Assembly (NCBI RefSeq): GCF_006345805.1
Contig: NC_043020.1
Coordinates: forward strand, 26,722,001-26,786,000
Origin: Octopus sinensis
Taxonomy: Eukaryota
Direction: 5' to 3'
Length of the DNA stretch: 64,000 bases
Under the pieces are notes generated by a model that did no database searches, was not told the origin of the DNA, and saw nothing but the letters and a program-made list of their open reading frames with translations. Positions 13,114 through 26,060 of the stretch are shown here, one piece after another. The stretch's first letter is position 1. Each line of letters starts with the position of its first letter. Made by a program: the position numbers and the translations under genes.

Positions 13114-14734
13114 CATGTATATATATACACACACACACATATATGTGTGTTTGCATATTTAATTTGTATAATTGCTGCATACTATTGGGTTGAAGTCAAG
13201 AATTCTACCACCTACCAATCTACCCACCCACCTACCTGCCTACCAATATATCTCACTATTTCATTCTTTAAAATCTTAGCTTCAATAAATCTGCAGCTGT
13301 TCTTCTTCGTCAATGGAATGGTTATTTACTTCCTTAGATGTGAATGTATGCCATTGAAATTCACCGCAGTGGTCACGATTCAAAACATTAGCCGTACTGG
13401 TGGTGTACTTGTGAAAGCCTTACTAAGAGGAAGAACTTTTTCCAATTTCTTTATTTCTCTTCTCTTCTGTTTTCTTCTGTGATGTTTAGTTCCTTGTTTC
13501 AATCAAAAGACTTTCGGTGTTTCCATGTGAAGAATTTTCTGCTCTAGGAAATGATTCGTACAGGAAATTGAACCTAATAGGATGGAATGGTTGAAAGATA
13601 CGTGCTTCCATGATGAAAGGACAAAGTAAATGCTTAATAAAGCATTTGAACATGAGATCAAAAGGAATTCTTAAGATAGGGGCGAAAGACCACGAGAAGA
13701 AAACCAACCAACTATAACAACAACAATAACTCCCTCCAATAATAATAATAATAATAATAATAACACCACCATTAGGGACATGCAAACAGTAAATTGTTTA
13801 TTGGTTAGTAGAGTAAAGTAAGAAAACTTAAGCTGAGAGTTTAAGTAATGTCTTTGGTTGGAATCAAAGAAAGAAATTAAATGTTGGTGGATTTGTATTG
13901 CAACAAAAGTGAGATAAAACTTTGCCTTACTGGCAGACTTTTTCTGGCTATGTAACTTGTGGTGGGGTCACAAGTCAGTTTTTCCATTCCAGACCTCAAA
14001 GCGATGATTCTGATCTCTAAGAATTGCACGTTGTATCTTTGGAATCTTTGAAGTTTTTGAGGAGACGAAGTGACTTCTTTGAAATTCTAAATTTGTCGAC
14101 GCAAACATCCACTGATAAAATTTTACACTACTAAGACTCACTGCTTTGTGTATATACATGTATATACTATATATTTTTTAGTTTATGTATATACCTGGGA
14201 GTCTGTGTGATTATTTATATATATAGCAAAAGCTAAATGTTCAAAATTGCTTCTTTTTTTTGTAAGCTTTGGAAAAGATTAGGCTGTTTTATTTCTCACA
14301 GACTTTTATGGCAGTCTTGCTGCTGTTTCTTACCATTTTCACCCCCTTTTTTTCTTACTCTGTCTCAGGCTACCCTCTCTCTGTCCATTATTATTTTTTT
14401 TCCTTTTACTTGTTTCAATCAGTAGACTGTGGCCAAGCTGGAGTGCTGCCTTGAAGTGTTTAGTTAAAGAAATTTACCTCAGTACTTTTCTTCTAAGCCT
14501 GGTACTTGTTCTGTTGGTCTCTTTTTGCCAAACTACTAAGTTACAGGGAAGTAAACAAACCAACACCGGCTGTCAAGTGGTGGTGGTGGGTGGGGGTCGA
14601 TAAAATAAGTAGCGGGCTAATGCTGGGGCTGATGTCATCAACTTACCTCTTCCCCCAAGCTTGGTGGTCTTGTTCCAAAACTTGACACTATTATTATTAT
14701 CATCATCATCATCATCATCATCATTATTATTATT

Positions 14735-15135
14735 AAGGCGGCGAGCCGGCAGAATCATTAACATGCTGGACGAAATCCTTAGTGGTATTTCGCCAATCGC
14801 TACGTTTTGAGTTCAAATTCTGCCAAGGTCGACTTTGCCTTTCATCCTTTCAGGGTCAATAAATTAAGTACCAGTTACACACTGGGGTCGATATAATCGA
14901 CTTAATCCATTTGTCTATCCTTGTTTGTCCTCTCTAGCTTTAGCCCCTTGTGGGTAGTAAAGAAATAGGTATTTCGCCTATCACTATGTTTTGAGTTCAA
15001 ATTCTGCTAAGGTCGACTTTGCCTTTCATTCTTTCAGGGTCAATTAATTAAGTATCAGTTATGAACTGAGGTTGATGTAATCGACTAGACCCCCTCCACC
15101 AAATTTTCAGCCTTGAGCCTTTAGTAGAAAGGATT
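14735..15135 (+). mobile_element. SINE with Deu/Nin-like domain, internally duplicated
   Basis: Head aaggcggcgagccggcagaatc followed by two copies of gagttcaaattctgc..aggtcgactttgcctttcat.ctttcagggtcaat. Confidence 0.75.
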
Positions 15136-15153
15136 ATTGTTATTACTATTATT

Positions 15154-15186
<33 letters not shown>

Positions 15187-15771
15187 TCTTATTTCCAATT
15201 TGAAACTTACTACCTGGCGTACCCATCAGACCAAGTCTTTGCACATTGTAAACAGCATCTTGTTACCAAGAAAAAAATAAATATGTATTTAGAAATTAAA
15301 TCAAAATATGAATTATGGAAAAGTAAACCAGAGTGAAAAATATGAATGTTGTTTATTTTTCTTGAATTGTAATTATTTTTTTGTGGTATTATTTTTTTTT
15401 TATTTTTCATTTTTTTGTTTGATCTGGTCTTGTTGCACAAGAAACGTAGTTGGAAAATGCTATCTCTCATTCATATACATGTATGTATATATATATATAT
15501 ATATATATATGATATATGTGTGAGATATTAATGTAGTATACAACAATCTGCTCATGTCTGGTTGTGCACAAATATTTTTTTTTGCTAGTTGTCATGAATT
15601 TTTTTTTTTTAATATTCAAATTAATTCAAGAAATCAATTAATTTTTACCACTCAGAATACCAACTTAGTGCTATTTATAGAACCATGTATTTATACACCA
15701 CATATATATATACATATATGTATATATATAAATATATATATATATGTATATATAAATAAATACATGCATGC

Positions 15772-15805
<34 letters not shown>

Positions 15806-15984
15806 GTATATGCATCTAGTTATTCAATTATAAATATCATCCACCAACCACACTTTATTAGCAAAAAATATAAATGGTGAAAGAAAGAAGGAAAGTACAC
15901 GAAGAAATCTTCTCTTGTAGACTTAGGAAAATGTTATATATTGAAAGTTTTATAGATTTAGATTTTTAGCATATAAGTTTTTCA

Positions 15985-16016
<32 letters not shown>

Positions 16017-16255
16017 ATCAAAGACAGGAAGAATAAACATATGGAAATCAATATCAACAGATCAATATATTTATAAACAGCCCCTGAAGGAAATTAGTAT
16101 TATTATTATTATCGTTATTATTGTATTCAATTTTTTTTTATTATTATTAACTTCTTTTCCTTTTAGGTGTTTAATTTTTGAAAATATTGGTATTTCTAAG
16201 AATTTAACCATATTTCTGCTACATACATTGAATTTTTACTAGTAAGAGTAATTAG

Positions 16256-16289
<34 letters not shown>

Positions 16290-16637
16290 AGATTTATTTC
16301 CAATAATGAATCAACAGTTATTAATCTTTAATAAGTTTTCAGGGAAGGTCGTTAAGACTTCAGAGTGTATGTTTAAGAAATATATTTTGGGAGGAAAGAG
16401 AATCATGAAAAATATGAGAGTAGATAATTACAAATATTATTTCTGTTTAATAGTCTTATTTATATGTTAATGAAGTTAGCGCTTTTAATTAAAACTTTTG
16501 GTACTATTTACATATTCTTTTTAAAAGAGTTATTAATGTTTTAAAAATAATTTTCGTCTTATGCTTGTGTATGTGCACAATGGATAGACATACATGCATA
16601 TATGTGTGTATATATGCATATATTCACACATATATGA

Positions 16638-16688
<51 letters not shown>

Positions 16689-16762
16689 TATGTATATATA
16701 AATAAATACATGCATGCATATATATATATATATATACACATGTGTTATATATATATATATTA

Positions 16763-16806
<44 letters not shown>

Positions 16807-17075
16807 GTGTTATATATATATATATATATATATACATGTGTTATATATATGTATGTATGTACACTCATACATGTGTGTTTGTGTGTATATATATATACAT
16901 GTGTATATATATGCATATAGGTTTGTACACTTTTTCTACCCCCTCCCACCTTTCATTTCTCTCGAACCATTTTCATTTTTGTTTTTTCTTCCTTTGTTTT
17001 TTTTTTTGTTTTGTTTTGTTTTTGTTTCGTCTTGTGTGTGAAATAACCTTTTTCTTGGTTGTTGTATTTCTGTAG

Positions 17076-17223
17076 CTGCTGCTTTACGAGGTGTGACGTT
17101 GACTCGTGGTCGAGCAGCAGCGGCTGTAACGGCACGAGGAGTATACGCCGCAGCAGCGGCAGCAGCAGCATTCAGGCACCCGACGCCCTTGACAACAACT
17201 GCAGCAGCTTTACCGTACGCCGC
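17076..17223 (+). CDS. Rbfox: Rbfox coding exon, Ala/Arg-Gly-rich C-terminal domain: AAALRGVTLTRGRAAAAVTARGVYAAAAAAAAFRHPTPLTTTAAALPYAA
   Basis: Pyrimidine tract plus TAG acceptor (ends 17075) and GTAAGT donor at 17224. GC-rich island; 148 nt, phase 1 in, phase 2 out, in frame with both neighbours. Resembles the vertebrate AAAYRGAHLRGRGRTVY...PAYGG segment. Confidence 0.9.
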
Positions 17224-17390
17224 GTAAGTATTCGAAATTGCACATTTATCCATGAAGCATCAACTTACTTGCGTTTTTTTTTAAATTCAACCGTATTTCA
17301 TTTGCTCAAAATGGTCCTAATAGTAATAATATTTGCTCATTTAATTGTACACCTGTATTAATAATTAATTAATTAATTAATTATTAATTC

Positions 17391-17760
17391 CAGGAGTGGC
17401 TGTGTGGTAAGTAGCTTGCTAACCAACCACATGGTTCCGGGTTCAGTCCCACTGCGTGGCATCTTGGGCAAGTGTCTTCTGCTATAGCCCCGGGCCGACC
17501 AATGCCTTGTGAGTGGATCTGGTAGACGGAAACTGAAAGAAGCCTGTCGTATATATGTATATATATGTGTGTGTCTGTGTTTGTCTGTATATGGTGGTGT
17601 GTTTACGTCCCCGTCACTTAGCGGTTCGGCAAAAGAGACCGATAGAATAAGTACTGGGCTTACAAAGAATAAGTCCCGGGGTCGATTTGCTCGACTAAAG
17701 GCGGTGCCCCAGCATGGCCGCAGTCAAATGACTGAAACAAGTAAAAGAGTAAAAGAGTAA
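17391..17760 (+). mobile_element. Near full-length tRNA-derived SINE
   Basis: A-box-like TGGCTGTGTGG, B-box-like GGTTCAGTCCC and a (GTAAAAGA)n tail. Related copies lie at about 14400(-), 18870(-), 21700(-), 24330(-), 34100(+) and 39050(+). Confidence 0.85.
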
Positions 17761-18098
17761 TAATTTATCAATATTGTTAATCTTGGTGTTTATAGCGAAA
17801 GTCACTAGAACTTTTGGAATATATAGTGGAGAAGGATATATCAACTAAAATGCAAAAGACAAAATTGTCTTTTGCACATACAAGCACCTCTGCACACACA
17901 TTGTTTTTTTGTTTTTTTTTTGCTGTGGTTTCAGCTCATAGCTGCAGCTATGTATATAGAAGATATATATGTAAGGGGTATGTTGCCTTGCCTGCCTGCA
18001 TATCTTGTGGGGTGGCATCATTTGAAAGCTAAAATTGTACAAAGCACATTGTAACCAATGATGTATAACAACATCGAATTGTCTGGTCAATCATGTAA

Positions 18099-18163
<65 letters not shown>

Positions 18164-18425
18164 CATACACATATTCATACACACACACACACAGACACAC
18201 ACACACACACACATATATATAGTTCATAGGTGAGACTCTGATTCAGTAAGAAGACATTTAGCAATGCTCAGAAGATTTAAACTTGAGCAGGAAGAGAAGT
18301 AAACATAGGTACAAGGAAGTTAGACACGTCAATATATAAAGTATATTGAATATGTGAAATATAAAGAATGTATATATGTGTTTATATACAAAAAAGGTAC
18401 ACAGAGTAGAAATGATATCGAGAAT

Positions 18426-18655
18426 TTAACTCTTTCATTACCGTATTTATTTAGGAGATGCTCTGTGTTTCTTTCAATTATTTTAAATATAACAAAGAAT
18501 TTAGTAAAATAACTTAATGAACATTAAGCTAGTGTTAGGAACATAAATTGTGACTAAGGTTTGGTGGAAGATTTTAATTCAAAACTTATGAAAACAAGAC
18601 ATTTGTACAAGAGAGCCAGAGCCAGTATCGGCTGGGTTGGCAATGAAAGGGTTAA
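18426..18655. mobile_element. TTAA-flanked piggyBac-like MITE
   Basis: Terminal inverted repeats ttaactctttcattacc / ggcaatgaaagggttaa. A partial inverted copy lies at about 29672-29840. Confidence 0.7.
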
Positions 18656-19182
18656 GGGGATTGAACAGCTGTTTCTGTGTGCTATGTGGTTGAAAATAAT
18701 GTTTGTTGATTGAATCCATCGTTGAGTGAGATGAGCTGCCATCTTCAAGGTAGAAATCCTTACATTTGAGGTGTTGGTTGAAAGAAGTTCGAAAATGGAA
18801 TTATTTTCTGGAGAGCTAAGTGTATTACAGGGAGGAAATTGGGGACGTATTCAGATATATACTTACCACATAATGGGGCTTCTCTCAGTCTCCTTTGAGT
18901 AAATTTACTCACAAGGCTTTGGTTGGCCCCAGGCTACAGTGGAAGACACTCAAGGTGCCACGCAATAGGACTGAACCCCAAATTATTTAGTTGGAATGCA
19001 AACTCCTTAACATCACTGCCATTCCTTTGAGAATGGACATGACTGTTTCTTCTCACTAAAGAATGAAAAGGAAAACAAACGAAAGAATGAAAAATGAAAC
19101 AAATGAAAGAAAGAAAGAGACTACTGTTATTGCTAAAATGTTACCCGTCTCATTGATCTGATCCCTATTATTTGCCTTTCAG

Positions 19183-19240
19183 TGGAGTGTATCACCAAGA
19201 CCCCTTCTTAGCGACATATGCAGCAGCTGATCGATATCAG
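19183..19240 (+). CDS. Rbfox: Rbfox coding exon GVYHQDPFLATYAAADRYQ
   Basis: tttgcctttcag acceptor and CAG|GTAAGT donor at 19241. 58 nt, phase 2 in, phase 0 out. Resembles vertebrate GVVYQDGFYGAD. Confidence 0.9.
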
Positions 19241-19337
19241 GTAAGTAATGCTCCCTTAATTCCTACCTGTCTCACCTTTATGGTATTGCAATTTATCTTG
19301 TTTATCCTCAGGTTGATGTTCACCCAGCAGGTTTATA

Positions 19338-19549
19338 ATAAACCCTTTGACATTTGAACCAGCCATATCCAGCCCAAATATTTTACTTGTTTATATTGAA
19401 ACTGGCCAGATTCAGTCTCTCACACCTACCCTTCAATACTGTCATATCTTCAAAATATTGAAGCAACAAGATACTCCATGATGAATTTTTTAAAATACGG
19501 ATGAACAAGCATTATATTTGATAAATTAATATGAATGCTAAAGGGTTAA
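19338..19549. mobile_element. Second piggyBac-like MITE family
   Basis: Ends are taaaccctttgacatt and aatgctaaagggttaa. Related copies lie at about 23710-23944, 29464-29642, 29845-30043, 33376-33532 and 33685-33906. Confidence 0.65.
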
Positions 19550-19742
19550 TCAATAAAGGTTCCAAGAGTGGCCAATCTGTGTTGTAAGTGCATCTGGGAC
19601 TACATTACCCAAAGTACAATTCGCTTGTGTTGTTTTAATGGCATATTGTAATCTGAGCGAGATTTAAATGTTATATCTGGCTGTTCAAAAGACTATGTAG
19701 GAAACCCCGCTTTGCTATTTTTTATATATTTTTGTCTCTTTT

Positions 19743-19860
19743 TATTGGGTTGTCCGGAAAGTTCATGCCGATTTATAGTAGCTTACCTTTCGACTTATTT
19801 TAAAACATGCCTGAGTCCATAAAATAGGATTTCACTACACCTCCATTTAGAACACAATTT
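19743..19860 (+). mobile_element. Tc1/mariner-like terminal fragment
   Basis: TA followed by TTGGGTTGTCCGGAAAGTTC resembles a mariner TIR start. No partner TIR is visible. Confidence 0.4.
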
Positions 19861-20564
19861 GTTGATGGACATGTCAAGAATCCCAGACCTGCTTTTTTCA
19901 GTGGACTTGAGCAAATGAGACCAGACACAAAGACATATTGGGTTCACCCAGTCACCTCTTCACCACTTTTTCCAAAGAGAGTAGCCATGTGTCTCCTTTA
20001 CTGCAAGACAACTGTTTCTTTAATTTCTCATTGTCTGTTATGAAGACACCTCCCTCTATACTACACCATTCCTTCACTTGAGGATTTTGTCTTGCTGGTT
20101 ACTTGGTTACCTCACTGGTGCTGCTGCCATAAAAAAATGCATCTCATACCATTCTCTAAAGTGGTTGGCGTTAGGAAGTGCATCCAACTTGCAAAAACAT
20201 TGCGAAAACCAATACTGGAGCTCAATGCATTCCTCAGGGTTATCATCATCGTCATTTAACGTCTGCTTTCCAAACTAGCATGGGTTGAACGGTTTGACTG
20301 TGGGTTGGTAAACCAGATTGTTGCACCAAGCTCCAGTCTTGATCTGGCAGAGTTTCTACAGCTGGATGCCCTTCCTAACGCCAACCACTCTGAGAGTGTA
20401 GTGGGTGCTTTTACATGCCACCGGCACGGGCCAGTCAGGCGTTGTAAAACCATCCAACTCATGCCAGCATGGAAAATCAACATTAGACAATGATGATGAT
20501 GTCCAAGGTATAATTTAAAGGAGATGTGAATGCTATTTCTAGTGGATTAAGTTATAATCTAGAG

Positions 20565-20753
20565 CAGTGGTTTTTAATCTTTTTGCTGGAGCGGAACCCC
20601 AAGGAAACATTCCACTGGCTCGGGGAACCCCTGTGCAATAATTTAATAGTCTTCTGCACAGGAGAATGAAAAATTACTGCCGATTTTAGCAGTTTTGTAA
20701 CTTCTTGCGGAACCCCTGGACTGTACTGGCGGAACCCTGGTTGAAAACCACTG
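20565..20753. mobile_element. hAT-Charlie-type MITE
   Basis: TIRs CAGTGGTTTT / AAAACCACTG with a perfect 8-bp target site duplication ATCTAGAG at 20557-20564 and 20754-20761, matching the Charlie NTCTAGAN target preference. Confidence 0.9.
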
Positions 20754-20904
20754 ATCTAGAGGGTCTCTTATTTGTCCAGATCTCATTTGCCCATCCTCTT
20801 ACACCTATCATCATTGTAGTCATCACTTAAAATCCATTTTCAAATGTTGTGGTATTTATTAATTTTCTATCATTTTAATTTTTTTTTTCCCCCTCGTATT
20901 TCAG

Positions 20905-21002
20905 CTTGTTACAACCCAGCCATATGCAGCTGCAGGCTATGCGGCTGCAACACGCTATGCAATCCCCACTGTAGCAGCGACAGCAGCCACGTACGCGGCT
21001 GG
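20905..21002 (+). CDS. Rbfox: Rbfox coding exon LVTTQPYAAAGYAAATRYAIPTVAATAATYAAG
   Basis: Long pyrimidine tract plus tttcag acceptor and GTAAGT donor at 21003. 98 nt, phase 0 in, phase 2 out. Tyr/Ala-rich like vertebrate GGYAAYRYAQP..ATAAAY. Confidence 0.9.
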
Positions 21003-23398
21003 GTAAGTTCTATTCTTTTACCATTCTTCCCCTTCTCCCCACCCTGCCAACACTTTTTTTTTCTTGATTATGCTAAAAAAAAAACAAGTTGTTTCCACCA
21101 CTATCACCACTTCCACCCCCACCACCACTTCGACCAGCACCCTTTTCACCATTACCTCGGTGGGGGGGATCCTCACCAATACGAAAATGCTGAAGGACAG
21201 AATTGGGCTGGGGCCCGTGTATCTGTACAAACTATAAGGGAGCACTAGTTTCTCAGTTGATGGAATCAGTAGAGTGACACATATGTCTCTTTTCATCACC
21301 CTGGGGCCATTCTTTTGATCACTGTTGGGAAGAAAATTACTAACTCAATGCTTGGTCTTCAAAGGTCACTTTGTCTACCAAGGATCATTCCACAACTAAA
21401 TTGAGATGACCGAGATCCTGATTAGTTATAGAATGTTAGTTTCAAATTTTTGGCACAATGCCAGGAATCTCAAGGAAGGGATAAATGAACTTATTTCATC
21501 GACCTCCCAAAAAATGAAAGATACTGTCGACCTCAGCAGGATTTGAACTCAGAGCATAAATACGAATGAAAAGCCGTGAAGTATTTTGTCCAGCATGTTA
21601 ATGATTCTGCTAGCTTGCCGCTTTGAGGAATTACAGAATATTGGCAATGCCGCAAATTGTTGTAATTTACCTTGATTATCTTCTCTGAATGCATGAAGGA
21701 CAATGACACCTTCTGCCTTTAAATTGTCATTAAACTGCGACCATGCTGGAGTACTTAGTCTCAACAAATCGACTCTAGTACACGTTTATTTTTAAGCTTA
21801 GTACTTATCCCATCAGTCTTTTTTGCTGAACTGCAAAGTTACAGGGATGTAAACACACCAAACAGACACAAAGACACAAACACATAGATGACTATTCATC
21901 TCTCTCTCTGTCTCTAGACAGGCTTCTTTCAGTTTCCATCAACCAAATCTATTAACAAGGTTTTCGATAGCGACGGCCCAAGGCTATAGTAGGAGATGCT
22001 AGCCCAAGGTGTCATGCAGTAGGGACTGAACCCAAAGCCTTGTAGTTGAGAAACAACTTTCTAACCACACTACCATGCCTGTTTGTTTTATTTTGTTTCA
22101 TATATGTCTATGTGTGTGTGTATATATATAAACATGCATATATATATATATATATAATATATATATATATAATATATATATTATTAACTTCCTTTTCTAG
22201 CAGGTAGGCACCTCACGTGCCCTTATGATATATATATATATATATATATATATGCTTTCGATGCAAGCCTCATTCTTATTTTAGAAGTTTTAATCTGTTC
22301 TTAATAGTTTAGCAAGTAATCTGTCCCCTTTCCCCCTACAATGCATCTGTTGGTGGCGGTGGCAGTAGTGATGGTAGTGGTAATGGTGGTGGTGGTGGTG
22401 GTAGTGGTGGTTTTAGTGGTTCTGCAATTATAGTCTGTTAAACAGTTTGTCAACACACCTCTTTCTCTTCTTTCTTTTTTCCTTAAATTTATGTTTTTGT
22501 TAGTGTTGTTGTTGTTGTTGTTGTTGTCACCTTCTTCCCCCTCCCCCCTGATTCAACTATGTCTCTGTCTGTCTGTCTATGTTTATCTTCAAAATTTTAT
22601 TTTTAATTTTTTTTTTGCCACATTTTTCTTACTTCGTTATTCTCTCTGTCGTTAAGCTGTGATCACTTGTATAAGTGTGTATGTATATAGACATATGTGG
22701 TGTGTATATATGTGTGTATATATATATTCATATATGTATATATAATCATATATACATGCTCATATATGTATAAATATATGCATATATATATATATATATA
22801 TGTATCTATATATGCACACACACATGGATGTGTGTATATATAGATATACACATGTATGTGTGCACATGTGTGTATATATTCATATATACATATCCATATA
22901 TATGTATGAATATACTTATATGCATACATGCTTGCATATATATACACACACATGCTTACATATATGTCTGTATGTATGTATGTTTTGTACAAACACCAAA
23001 TGATTATACTTGCATACATTCCTACGATGTTTGTCTGTAATTAGATAGGTGTGTGTGTGTATATATGTATATATATTATGCTGGCTCATGTTGCTTGCGT
23101 TTAGAAAATATACTTCATTGTTTTCAATTGTTAACCCAACCTTCCACATTCTTGCTTCCTATTACAGTAACTCTCTTTGCCTCCTCAATCTTCTCTCTTT
23201 CTCTCTCTCTCTTTCATTCTCTCTTTCTCTACATCTGTTTCACTCACACCGTACATTACTTCCACCCAACACGCAAACACACAATGCATGATTAAGAGAA
23301 TGAGCCTGAACATTAGTTGTTCATGTCGCTGAAAATAACAGCTAAATCCCCCTCAAGTCTTATGACTGTCTTCTATGCCAAGAAATGGAACACTTTGG

Positions 23399-23435
<37 letters not shown>

Positions 23436-24324
23436 ATTGGAGTATTTATTAAAAAAACAACCACAATTTGATCATAAGCTTCCTCTGTGATGACTAAAAA
23501 GATGAGCTAATTACACATATAAAAACATACTTTTAAATTTACCCTCATCTTGTCCTGTCTTTTCTTATTTCTTGTTCTTGTCCACACTCTTCCCATATAA
23601 CCACTCCTTTTCAGTATCCTTTCACCCATACAATTTCTCAGCTCACAATTCATTGAAAGGTCATAGGGACAACATCCTCATTCATCTCCTCTATAGGGTC
23701 CCTCAGTCATCCCACTTTTTGTTTAGCATTTAAACCAGCCATATCCGGCCAAAAGTATTCTGCCTGTTTTATGTTCAAACTGGCCAGATCTAGTCTCTCA
23801 CACCAACCCTACAATGTCGTTTTAAAAATTAACAGCTACCTCATCAAAATCTCATAGCTACAAGATTAATGAATGATTAGTTCAAAACAATGTGGATGAA
23901 GAAGCATTTGTTTTGGCAGAATAATGCAAACACTAAAGGGTTAAAGTTGTCTAATGAAGTCTTTGGATATTATTATTATTATTATTATTATTATCTGGCC
24001 GTCTTGTTCTTGGGTTACCCTAATGTTTCCTGCCAGTTGGCTCAGCTTGAAGAATCCATCTTGCGACATTTTAATCACATGTCTGTAGGTCTGGAACTCT
24101 GGCATTTCAACACAGGGAAGAAATGGTTCAATCTGGAGAGACTCCTAATCTCCAAACTGCACACCTTGTCAAATAACAGTGCTCCAGAGATCCTTTAGAG
24201 GGATCTCCTTTTGGCCTCTTTCAATCATTAACCATCATTCTTGACCTTAGATGAATACAGGCATCAAAACTGACCTAAAGATAGCAAGTTTAGCATTTTT
24301 ATTACCAACCTCTCCTCTTTTATT

Positions 24325-24720
24325 TTTCACTTGTTTCAGTCATTAGACTGTGGCCATGCTGGAGCATGACTTTGAAATTTTTCTTTTAGTGAAATAAATC
24401 AATCCTAGGACCTATTTTTTCTTTGTAAGCCTCATACTCACTCTGTCAGTCTCTTTTGCTGAACTGCTAAGTTATGGAAACATAAATATACCAATACCAA
24501 TTGTCAAGCAGTGGGGAGGGGACAAACACAGATACAAAGACACACACACACACTCATATATATATGACAGGCTTCTTTCAGTTTCCATTTACCAAATCCA
24601 CTCAGGGCTTTGGTCGGCCTAAAGCTATAGTAGAAGACACTTGCCCAACGTACCATGTAGTGGGACTGAACCTGGACTCATGTGGTTGGGAAGCAAGCAT
24701 CTTACCACACAGCCATACTC
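24325..24720 (-). mobile_element. tRNA-derived SINE, same family as 17391-17760
   Basis: Reverse-complement match: gacaggcttctttcagtttcc...gaagacacttgcccaa...gtgggactgaacc...cttaccacacagcca. Confidence 0.8.
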
Positions 24721-25214
24721 TGCACCTCTTCCTTATTCTTCATAATTTTTACTTCATTTGTCCCTTATTTTTCCTCTTTTTACCTAATCCTTTCCTTTTC
24801 AATCCTCCTCTGCTCCTCCACATCCTTTTACCCCTACCCTTGTCTGAGCCTTTGAAGGAGTAGTAGCCCTTAAATGTAGTTAAGTGGCCTGTCTCTCATT
24901 CATCATTCACCCTCATCAACACATGCTCATTCATCACTCACAACACTCACTCTTCTCTCATTCATCACTCACAACACTCACTCTTCTCTCATTCATCTCT
25001 TCACTCATCTCACTCAACTCCTCATTCATCACTCAATCCACAAGGCTTGAAGTTAATGCAAGACTATGCTAAAAGACGTTTGCCCAAGATGCCAAGATGT
25101 GGGATTGAACTAGGAACCTGATGATTGCAAAGCAATTTTCTTAACCACTCAACTACGCCTTGCATTTGATTAATACTAACAAAGCAACGACTAATAAGAA
25201 GTGGTTTCTATACT

Positions 25215-25780
25215 TTTGGATCTTTCCTCTTCTTTGCCTTCTCTTCATCTTCCTCTTCTTTGCCTTTTCTTCTTCTTCGCCTTCATCTTCTTCTTCTTCA
25301 CCTTCTTCTCCCTCTTCTTCTTTGCCTTCTTTGCTCCCCCCTCCTTCTCCTCCTCATTTCCCTTTTTCTCCTCCTCCCCCTCTGCCTTCTTCACCTTCTT
25401 TTCACCTTTTCCTTTATCCTCCTCCTTCTTTACCTTCTCTTCATCTTCTTCCTCTTCCTCCACTTTGCATTCTTCTTCCTCTTTGCCTTCTTTGCTTTCT
25501 TCACTTTCTTCTGTGCCTCCTCTTCATTTTCATCTTTTGCCTCCTCCTTTTTGCCTTCTTTCTCTTTACTTTCTTTCTCTTTGTCTTCTTCCTCTTTGCT
25601 TTCTTCTTCTTCTTCTTCCTTCATTATCTCCTCCACCACCACCACCACCACTTTTCATGTTGCGCTCCATCAAACTCTCCACTTCTCTCTGCCACCTCCT
25701 CCCTCCCCACCCCTATGTTTCCTTCCTTCCTTCCTTCCTTCCTTCTTCCTTCCTTCCTTCCTCATCTTTCTCTTTCTCTT
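25215..25780. repeat. Polypyrimidine (CTT/CCT)n low-complexity tract
   Basis: About 560 bp that is almost entirely C/T on the + strand. It produces the spurious Ser/Phe/Leu/Pro ORFs. Confidence 0.9.
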
Positions 25781-26022
25781 AACAATTTCACTAACCCTTG
25801 TAACATTTCAAAACTTGGATATTAACCTTGCTAACTTTTCTGTAGTTATTCCTATCCCTGCCCCAGCTTGCAAGGGGCCTTTAGAAGAAAAGAAAGAAAG
25901 AAAACAAAAAAAAAGGAGCTTTTTGGGCTCTGAATTTATCCTCTCTATTTCGTTTAATTAACACCTACATTAATCGCCATCATACACTCCCTAGTATAAG
26001 GCTGTTTGTGCCTTTCTCTCCC

Positions 26023-26060
<38 letters not shown>

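Noticed and set aside
15200-15300. Minus-strand GTAAGT donor suggesting an antisense exon
   Set aside because: Isolated signal with no recognisable protein or partner exons.
16936-17253. Minus-strand 105-aa Ala-rich ORF
   Set aside because: Antisense shadow of the GCN-rich Rbfox exon 17076-17223.
17391-17470. tRNA-like A/B boxes (also 36993-37060)
   Set aside because: These are SINE heads followed by SINE bodies, with no complete cloverleaf.
25160-25961. Longest ORFs in the window (193-233 aa)
   Set aside because: Products of a (CTT/CCT)n low-complexity tract that is open in several frames.
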